47,580 nt of DNA. Source: Paraglomus brasilianum. Its lineage: Eukaryota. Position numbers and translations under genes: made by a program. The DNA is taken from NCBI GenBank assembly GCA_910592345.1, contig CAJVPI010000162.1, positions 1-47,580 of the forward strand, read 5' to 3'. This document shows positions 39,469 through 47,580 of the stretch, in pieces (the first letter of the stretch is position 1; the number at the start of each line of letters is the position of its first letter). Under the pieces are notes generated by a model, which was not told the origin of the DNA, did not search any database, and saw only the letters and a list, made by a program, of their open reading frames with translations.

Positions 39469-40219
39469 TGTGTCGCCGTTATAAAAATATTGTCAAAATG
39501 CACAATTTATAATATATTCAATGCCACAGCGGTACTTGGTTAACTGATGAGAAAGTTTCTCTTTTGGATATGACTATGTGTTGCTGGCTGGGAAACATTG
39601 AAAATGGTAAATTGTAATTGTCTGTGCCAGGACAATGTTTAACAGTAGTTCGTCAGTTTGATGTGATGTGATTAATTATGACGTATATTACTCCCTAATT
39701 TCTGCGTAACTCCGATCGGAGTGTGCCCTGCCGATGTCAGCACTGCCACTCGCATATACGCAATTAATATGCAGTTAAAAATAGGCGGTAGTTTCGATTG
39801 GATATGCAGTATAAGAAGCGCGACTTTCCGCTAAAAATAATCATGTTCCTTAATGTCCACATCATGTTCGATTAATATTCCTTTCTAAATAATGAGTAGT
39901 TCTTTATGCTCTGAATACATATTAATGATTTGTTCTCTGGTAAATTATTGATATAGTCGTGAACCACTCATCCCTATTACTATATCGATTAGGAATATCC
40001 CAATCTATAGGCTTCCGAATTAATCCCATCGCATCGGCTGATTAACTCGAGGGCGAATAACTGTCTAGGATTAGTCGACACTAAGTCGTGACTAGTAAAA
40101 CCTAGTGTAAAGGTCACTAACTGTCGTTATTTAACTAAGTAGGAGAAGCGAGAAGCCACAACCCCGTTGTTAGATCCCAAGAGCTAATGATCGATTGCTT
40201 TTCCACGATTATTGACACA
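39469..40219. mobile_element. Putative solo-LTR-like relic related to 3326-3985
   Basis: TGTGTC...GACACA inverted ends and ordered motifs shared with 3326-3985 (TGCACAAT, TAATCCC, ACTCG, GTCACTAA, ATCCCAAG). No clear target-site duplication. Confidence 0.3.
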
Positions 40220-40752
40220 ATAGCGAGATTATCATTGTGTAGCAATTTCATACAAGACTGTACCAAGAATACTTTATTATCATTCTAGAATTTTTGACTG
40301 AAAGCTATTATTTTCGTGAGCTACTTCGAAGTTGCAGGGTGGACATTGTTGGATGCATTTTCACAGAAATTGATATCGCTTATACAATCAACAGTCCACA
40401 TATACTTTTTAATCAGAGTAGAACCAGTTATTAGATGACAACAATTGTTTATGAAATGTCTCTTAGCTACAAGAAAAGAGGAATCATTATTTGGCACTAG
40501 TCTGCAGAGTGGGTACAAAATCCGCTTCTTGTGATGTTTGAGTTATGTAATAATCTACACACCAGAGTGTCTTGGTTATCTTTATATGTTCGATAGTTCG
40601 CTTTTTCATTGATATTCGAAGGTAGTGCTTCAAATTATTGAGTCGTGTTTGTGGTACAACGAATTAAGTTAATAAATAGATGTGATGTTGAAAGGAGGCA
40701 AGCGAGCCACTAGTATATAATTGGAAAAAACCGTTGTTGGGGAATGTATGTA

Positions 40753-41010
40753 CAGTCAAACCTCGTTATGCCGATATTTTTGTTCCGCCAAAAATTTATC
40801 GAAGCGGGGTATGGGGTTTTTCTTTTTTTATGAGTGCTGCGCAAAATATTGTTTTATCGGGGTGTTGAATAAAATTTTTGTTTACGCAGATAAACAACAA
40901 TTATCAATGGACGTTTGCTTTTGAAATAGGGTGAGCCAACAAATTACTTCTCAAACTCCGAGGTTTAACAAGTGGGCTAAACCATACTGTCAACGTAATG
41001 CGGTTTACGT
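40753..41010 (+). mobile_element. Left-end fragment of a pogo-like element
   Basis: TA+CAGTCAAACCTCGTT terminus, the same as at 42403. It abuts the truncated ML copy. Confidence 0.5.
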
Positions 41011-41011
41011 T

Positions 41012-41371
41012 ACAACACTCACGGTAACTGTAGTGCCAGATCCTATCGTTTCTGGTCAAAACGCTACATTTACGATTTCTGGAACTGCGAAATCGGATAT
41101 TCCCACAGATGTCACACTTTGGGTCGCTTACGGTAATCCTGATGAATCCATTATTGGTGCACCCTATGAAGTCCCCTTTTGCGGAAGCAGCGTCCCTTGT
41201 CCAGTTAAAAATGGAGATACGTTTAATCGAAAGCTTACAGCTCAAGCGCCGACATTACCCGACGCATATATTGTGGCAGTCGTAATTGGTACAACCCAGC
41301 AAATATTCTATGGCTGTGCAGTGGCTGGAGTCGGAACAGCACCACCTGCATCACTTGAACAAATCTTCTGA
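41012..41371 (+). pseudogene. Inverted, 5'-truncated ML-domain gene copy lacking the signal peptide and first Cys
   Basis: TLTVTVVPDPIVSGQNATFTISGT...FCGSSVPCPVKNGD...YGCAVAGVGTAPPASLEQIF* aligns with the minus-strand ML genes, but upstream is pogo-like DNA with no cognate ATG or leader. Its 3' flank (to about 41880) is the reverse complement of about 46065-46660. Confidence 0.85.
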
Positions 41372-42402
41372 TAACATTCATCATATTAATATTAATATTA
41401 ATATCAGCTGAATTATGCATGTTGATCAAAGCATCAACGAAAATTGACAGTCACAAATTCATGTTGTTTTCTATATTGTCGGTAATTTTTAAGATGCAAA
41501 AGAATTAAATTCAAAGCGAAGGCTTTGCAAGAGTTTATTTTTATTATAAATAAATTTGGTATATTCGCTTATATATTTTGGTCACATGACCATTCATAAA
41601 ACTTCTATACTAATACTGCCAGTCATACTTCAACGCAAACTAATTGGGTGATTGCTCAATTACCACGTTGATGTGTTTGACAAATAACTCGAGTCAAATA
41701 ACAATCCAAAACTGCAATATAGATTACTATTGTCCGACGAATTCACGAGTATTTCGGTCGAACTTCAGCAGAATGGAATGTTATTGGTTTATTAGGGAAA
41801 TGTAGCGAGGAGCAAAAAATATCTCATTAAAAGACATAAATTTAAGTGTGGGTCCTTTGGTCAGAAATATAGATAAGAAAATAGTGGCATGGCAAGGTTC
41901 GGTTTTATGATGCCGTTCGTCTGAACGAGTAATGATTCCACTTGGGCATAGATGGTCTGCTCGGTTGTCTAACGTCCAAACTTTGGGTGGGCGCAAATGA
42001 CTCCTCCGTTTCCGTTGTTAAATTAAACGGATTGAATATGCCACAAGCTTACGCCAATGAAACTTTGGAAAAAAAAAAGTTTATGTATTTCAGAAAAAAA
42101 AAAGGCCAAAAATCACATGGTAAAATCTCCCCCAAACTAAATTTAGGTAACAAAAAGGTCACGATATTTGAGCGAATGGGTATAATACTACAGTCTAAAC
42201 TCGATACAATGAAGTCAACGGGATGAGGACTATATCAGAAATTCTATATCGAAAATTTTCAATACAGGAAAGTCCTTAATATTATTGTTTTTGTATTAGG
42301 AATTCTTCACTATAGTGCCATATTCACTGTTCGCTATATTAATATTGAGGTTTATATCATTTATTTGTCGATCACCTGATCCGGCGATGTATATTACTAT
42401 TA

Positions 42403-42756
42403 CAGTCAAACCTCGTTGTACTGATACCCGTTATTCCGATAATCCACCTATAACGATAGAAACTTCCGCTCCCAAAATTTACATAGGAATTTTTACCCGT
42501 TATACCGATAAATCATAATATAACCATGCAATGGCCTTTACTATTAACCTTTAATGAAGGGCAAAGAGTTATATTAACTTATGCACAGAAGAAAAAGATC
42601 TGTGCTTTGCTTTCTCAAAAACCTGCTCCGACACAAACTGCTGTTGCGTATTAATACAGAATTAAGTAAACTATTGTATTAGTTATATGGAATAAACGAG
42701 ACAAGTGGTTGGCCACTAATGATATTGAATTTTCATCAAAAAGAAAAAGAGAACGT
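42403..42756 (+). mobile_element. 5' fragment of a pogo/Tigger transposon with a decayed CENP-B/psq-type HTH
   Basis: TA+CAGTCAAACCTCG TIR, then RVILTYAQKKKICALLSQKPAPTQTAVAY*YRIK*TIVLVIWNKRDKWL...KRKRER. Confidence 0.65.
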
Positions 42757-43643
42757 GTCGAAGTTTTTGCCGTTTTTATAAGAAAATTGGTTTTCCTAAA
42801 TAGTATTTTATACTAGCCGGGGAAAAAAAACAAACATACCACTATTATGACGTTAAATGGCGGGTTGATTGGCTGACATCTATGCATGATGGTTAAACAG
42901 ATAACAATAGTTCGAAAATTCACTCCTAAATAAGTCTTTCGTAACCAAGTTTCATCTGATATTCATCAGTTTACATTTTGTGCATAACCTCACTTGCTAT
43001 ATGTAGTAGTTTTTTTGTGATCAAAAAATCGGGATTCGGTTTCGCCTTCTCAAAGTGTTATGATCGAGTAACTAAATAGGACATTGATGCTATCGCGAGG
43101 AACTTTTATTCACAATGAGGTGCTCGCTAAAGCCCAATTTAAGCTGTTGATGGTCAAACCGCGTGCCATATTAATATTTTTAAGGGTAACAAATTTCACA
43201 CTTTTATTACAGTTGAAGCTATCTGTAGTAAACCTGGCTATACGGAACTCTGGCAACAGTGAGCCAATTTCTTATCTGTATTTCTGACTAAAGGACCACA
43301 CTTAAATTTATGTCTTCTAATGAGAAATTCTCTTGCTCAAAGGGGCCACAATTTATCTAGCCTTCTAAGATATTTCTCCTCGCTACATTTCCCTAAAAAA
43401 CCAATAATATTCCATTCTGTTGAAGTTCGACTGAAATACTTGTGAATTTCGTCGGACAATAGTAATCTATATTGCAGTTTGGATTGTTATTTTACTCGAG
43501 TTATTTGTCAAACGACATATCAACGTGGTAATTGAGCAATTACCCAATAAAATTTTAAATTATTCTAAACAAATATCCATGCTAGTTTGCGTTGAAGAAT
43601 TCATTTGCTTTCAAATAGAAGTATGACTGGCAGTATTAGTATA
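42753..43643 (-). promoter_or_regulatory. Orphan ML-gene upstream region (promoter copy with no CDS)
   Basis: Near-identical to 47216-47580 and about 45630-46419, including the TATA box (TTTTATAAG on +) and the AAATGGCGGGTTGATTGG block, but joined to the pogo fragment instead of an ML start codon. Confidence 0.75.
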
Positions 43644-44898
43644 CGTGAGGTGATTTAAAAGTCTTGCGCGTGTGGGGCTGCAGATCAGCGAAAATTGATC
43701 TAATCCAAAAACGGAAACTTCAGGGCAATGCAAATCGGTTTAAGTAAGAAACAAAAAAAAAAGAGAGCTGGAATTTGTTTGCTGGTTGTCGAGAAATTCT
43801 ATTTTTTTTTTTTACACCTTACCAAAACGATTGACCGAAATGAGCGAAGAGAACCAGCGATTCCATATTTTTGTTTCTTGGAAAACGGTCGTGAAGCAAC
43901 CAAAATTCATGAGGAACTGGTCAATGCAGTGGGGAAACAAGCATTGACTCTCAGCACTATTAGACGCTGGATTGCTAAGTTCAAAGGTGACGAACAGACA
44001 TTCAAGACAAACCTCGTTCTGGGTGGCCTCGCGAAGCAGTGACACCAGAAAACATTGCAAAAGTCAAAGGACTTGTAAGTAATGACCCCCATATTACTAC
44101 ACAACGTTTGGAAGCTGAAACTGGTGTTTCTCAAGCAAGAATTGTTCACATTTTAAATAATGGACTGAGCATGCACAAAGTCTGTGCAAAATGGGTTCCA
44201 CACAAGCTCATAGCAGTTCATAAAGAAAAACGAGTGGAACTTTTTAAACAACTGCTGGAAGTACTCAAAAGGCTACAATAATATTATTACTGGCGATAAA
44301 ACGTGGATGTATTTATTTACCGTTTCGAGTAAAGAAGACAACAAGGTTTGGTTGGAAAAGGGGGAAAACAGGCCACAGATCGTCAGAACTGCGCAAAATT
44401 CGAAGAAAAGAATGTTTTGTTTCTTATGGTGTTATGGCAAGAATTGTGGTAAAACGGTTAATGGTGAACTTTATAGAGAACAAATTATGCCCGAAGTTTT
44501 TCCTAAATTTATGGAAGAACAACCGTTAGAGATGTCATGTTGCACCATGACAATGCTGCGCCACACAAGGCAGCAGTTGTTACTGAATATCTCAAGGAGG
44601 AAAGAGTCAGACTGCTTCCCCACCCACCCTATATAGTCCAGACCTAGCCCTTGTAATTTTACTTATTCCCCGAAAAAGTTTTAATAGCGTCGAAAACTTG
44701 TCACGTGCCATTCAGGCAATCTTTGACAGTATCGCTAAAGAGGAATATTACAAGTCATTCAATATATGGCAGAGTCGGCTGAAAAAGTGTATAGAGGCAA
44801 AGGAAGAGTACTTTGAAGGAATGTCATAATTACTTTGTCAGTTATTTATTGATTTTGGTGAAATAAATTTAGACATGCAGGATTTTTAAATCACCCCA
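43644..44898 (+). mobile_element. Near full-length mariner element with a frameshifted transposase (about 43840-44829)
   Basis: TA+CGTGAGGTGATTTAAAAGTCTTGC left TIR and GCAGGATTTTTAAATCACCCCA right TIR. Motifs ATKIHEEL, TIRRW..KF, AKWVPHKL, ITGDKTW, HHDNAAPH and YSPDLAPCNF. The empty site is visible in the paralogous unit at about 46418. Confidence 0.93.
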
Positions 44899-45126
44899 TT
44901 ATGAATGGTCATGTGGCCAAATTATATAAGCGAATATACCAAATTTATTTATAATCTTGCAAAGCCTTCGCTTTGAATTTAATTCTATCTTTAAAAATTA
45001 CCGACAATACAGAAAACAACATCTATGTCAATTTTTGTTGATGCTTTGATTAACATGCATAATTCAGCTGATATTAATATTAATATGAGAATGTAATAAT
45101 ATGATAAATGTTATCAGAAGATTTGT

Positions 45127-45594
45127 TCAAGGTGGTGCTGTTCCGACTCCAGCCACTGCACAGCCATAGATTACTCGCTGGCTTGTCCTAATTGCGACTC
45201 CCACAATATATGCGGAGGGTAATGTCGGCGCTTGAGCTGTAAGCTTTCGATTAAACGCATCTCCCTTTTTAACTGGACAAGGGTCGCTGCTTCCGCAAAA
45301 GGGGACGGTAAATGGTATATCTATAGGAGATTCATCGGGATTGCCATAACCGACCAAAAGTGCGGCATCTGCGGGAATATCCTCAAGAGCAGTTCCAGAA
45401 ATCGTAAATGTAGCGTCTGCATTAGAAACGATAGGATCTGGCACTACAGTTACCGTGAGTGTTGCGACCGCAACAGGATTTTCAGGAATTGGACATGTTC
45501 CGAAGTCGGTAGTTCTTTTATTGAGGTGAGAAACAGCATTGATGACTGAAATTGAAGCCAAGAAAAAGAATAGGAACAGTAAATTGCGGTTCAT
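45127..45594 (-). CDS. Secreted ML-domain protein, copy B (C-terminus shortened)
   Basis: Intact 155-aa ORF with the same signal peptide, KR site and four-Cys ML pattern. It ends GTAPP* where paralogs continue ASLEQIF. Confidence 0.9.
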   Translation of the reverse strand: MNRNLLFLFFFLASISVINAVSHLNKRTTDFGTCPIPENPVAVATLTVTVVPDPIVSNADATFTISGTALEDIPADAALLVGYGNPDESPIDIPFTVPFCGSSDPCPVKKGDAFNRKLTAQAPTLPSAYIVGVAIRTSQRVIYGCAVAGVGTAPP

Positions 45595-46663
45595 GGTTTT
45601 GTTAATAAATGAATTGTCAAGTTTCTGGTCAAAACGTGTCGACCGTTTTTATAAGAAAATTGGGTTTCCTAAATAGTATTTTATACTACGTTAAATGGCG
45701 GGTTGATTGGTTGACATCTATGCATGATGGTTAAACAGATAATACTAGTTCGAAGATTCACTCCTAATAAGTCTTTCGTAATCAAGTGTTTACATTTGTG
45801 CATAACCTAAAATCGGGATTTGACCCAATTCGGTTTTTCGCCTTCTCAAAGTGTTATGATCGAGTAACTAAATAGGACATTGATGCTATGGCGAGGAACT
45901 TTTATTCACAATGAGGTGCTCGCTAAAACCCAATTTAAGCTGTTGATAGTCAAACCGCGTGCCATATTAATATTTTTAAGGGTAACAAATTTCACACTTT
46001 TATTACAGTTGAAGCTATCTGTAGTAAACCTGGCTATACGGAACTCTGGCAGTAGTGAACTAATTTCTTATCTGTATTTCTGACCAAAGGACCCACACTT
46101 AAATTTATGTCTTCTAATGAAAAATTTTCTTGCTCAAAGGGGCCACAATTTATCTAGTCTTCTAAGATATTTCTCCTCGCTACATTTCCCTAAAAAACCA
46201 ATAATATTCTATTCTGTTGAAGTTCGACTGAAATACTCGTGAATTTCGTCGGATAATAGTAATCTATATTGCAGTTTTGAATTGTTAATTGACTCGAGTT
46301 ATTTGTCAAACGACACATCAACGTGGTAACTGAGCAATTACCCAATAAATATCCATGCTAGTTTGCGTTGAAGAATTCATTTGCTTTCAAATAGAAGTAT
46401 GACTGGCAGTATTAGTATAGAAGTTTTATGAATGGTCATGTGACCAAATTATATAAGCGAATAGACCAAATTTATTTATAATAAAAATAAACTCTTACAA
46501 AGCCTTCGCTTTGAATTTAATTTTTTTGCATCTTAAAATTACCGACAATATAGAAAACAACATGAATTTGTGACTGTCAATTTTCGTTGATGCTTTGATT
46601 AACATGCATAATTCAGCTGATATTAATATTAATATGAGAATGTAATAATAATGATGAATGTTA

Positions 46664-47155
46664 TCAGAAGATTTGTTCAAGTGATGCAGGTGCTGCTGTT
46701 CCGACTACAGCCACTGCACAGCCATAGACTGCTGGCTGGTTTGTACTAATTGCGACTGCCACAAGATATGCGGAGGGTAATGCCGGCGCTTGAGCTGTAA
46801 GCTTTCGATTAAACGTATCTCCCTTTTTAACTGGACAAGGGTCGCCGCCTCCGCAAAAGGGGACGGTAAAGGGTGTAGTTATAGGGGACCCATCGGGATT
46901 GCCGTAACCGACCAAAAGTACGGCATCTGCGGGAATATCCTCAAGAGCAGTTCCAGAAATCGTAAATGTAGCGTCTACATTAGAAACGATAGGATCTGGC
47001 ACCACATTTACCGTGAGTGTTGCGACCGCAACAGGATTTTTAGGAATTGGCGGACATGCTCCGAAGTTGGTAGTTCTTTTATTGAGGTGAGGAACAGCAT
47101 TGATGACTGAAATTGAAGCCAAGAAAAAGAATAGGAACAGTAAATTGCGGTTCAT
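46664..47155 (-). CDS. Secreted ML-domain protein, copy C
   Basis: Intact 163-aa ORF with signal peptide, KR site and four-Cys ML pattern. Highly similar to copy B. Confidence 0.9.
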   Translation of the reverse strand: MNRNLLFLFFFLASISVINAVPHLNKRTTNFGACPPIPKNPVAVATLTVNVVPDPIVSNVDATFTISGTALEDIPADAVLLVGYGNPDGSPITTPFTVPFCGGGDPCPVKKGDTFNRKLTAQAPALPSAYLVAVAISTNQPAVYGCAVAVVGTAAPASLEQIF

Positions 47156-47178
47156 GGTTTTGTTAATAAATGAATTTC

Positions 47179-47233
47179 AAGTTTCTGGTCAAAACGTGTC
47201 GAAGTTTCTGGTCAAAACGTGTCGAAGTTTCTG
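47179..47233. repeat. 23-bp tandem duplication just upstream of the ML copy C start codon
   Basis: AAGTTTCTGGTCAAAACGTGTCG occurs twice plus a partial third copy; it is single in the copy B upstream region. Confidence 0.85.
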
Positions 47234-47580
47234 CCGTTTTTATAAGAAAATTGGTTTTCCTAAATAGTATTTTATACTAGCCGGGGGAAAAAAACAAACA
47301 TAGAGAATGGGCCACTATCATGACGTTAAATGGCGGGTCGATTGGTTGACATCTATGCATAATAGTTAAAAAGATAATAGTAGTTCGAAGATTCACTACT
47401 CCTAAATAAGTCTTTCGTAACCAAGTTTCATCTGATATTCATCAGTTTACATTTTGTGCATAACCTCACTTGCTATATGTAGTAGTTTTTTTGTGATCAA
47501 AAAATCGGGATTCGGTTTCGCCTTCTCAAAGTGTTATGATCGAGTAACTAAATAGGACATTGATGCTATCGCGAGGAACT

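Larger units (their letters stand above)
42753..47580 (-). repeat. Tandem segmental duplication array with a unit of about 1.55-1.7 kb (ML gene plus flanks), continuing past the window end
   Basis: The marker ACATTGATGCTAT.GCGAGGAAC recurs at about 43081, 45877 and 47557. Spacing is about 1.68 kb, and about 1.54 kb after removing the mariner. Confidence 0.9.

Noticed and set aside
40931..41371. 146-aa ORF as an intact cytosolic ML protein
   Set aside because: It begins at GTG inside TE-derived sequence and lacks the leader and first Cys, so it is treated as a pseudogene.
43084..43287. 67-aa ORF repeated at 45880-46083
   Set aside because: It starts at TTG/ATG in duplicated intergenic DNA and has no recognisable motif. 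Its conservation is explained by the recent duplication.
45232..45549. Conserved antisense ORFs (MSCKLSIKRIS...) in three ML copies
   Set aside because: They mirror the ML coding frame in near-identical paralogs and are absent in this form from the divergent copy A.

Overview
Eukaryotic, intron-rich, AT-rich fungal DNA, most consistent with Mucoromycota (Glomeromycotina/Endogonales-like), judged from Sel1-repeat expansions and secreted ML-domain proteins with MNRNL...KR leaders. The left end (1-5.3 kb) is a duplicated Sel1-repeat locus interrupted by pogo-like, LTR-like and mariner relics. The core (6.6-32.8 kb) holds spliced housekeeping genes: threonine dehydratase ILV1, a Faf1-like protein, VPS54, an SLC35F-like transporter, a GH85 ENGase, a TMEM70-like protein, kynurenine aminotransferase and an SCI1-like protein, with decayed repeat-family ORFs between them. 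The right third (34-47.6 kb) is an accessory island. It contains an intronless secreted group XIV (bacterial/fungal-type) phospholipase A2 next to a tandem array of secreted ML (MD-2/NPC2-like) lipid-binding genes: three intact copies, one inverted 5'-truncated copy, and one orphan promoter pointing antisense into that inverted copy. Tc1/mariner/pogo fragments sit at the breakpoints. All calls come from reading the sequence and recalled family motifs; no database search was run, and exon boundaries were inferred by eye.
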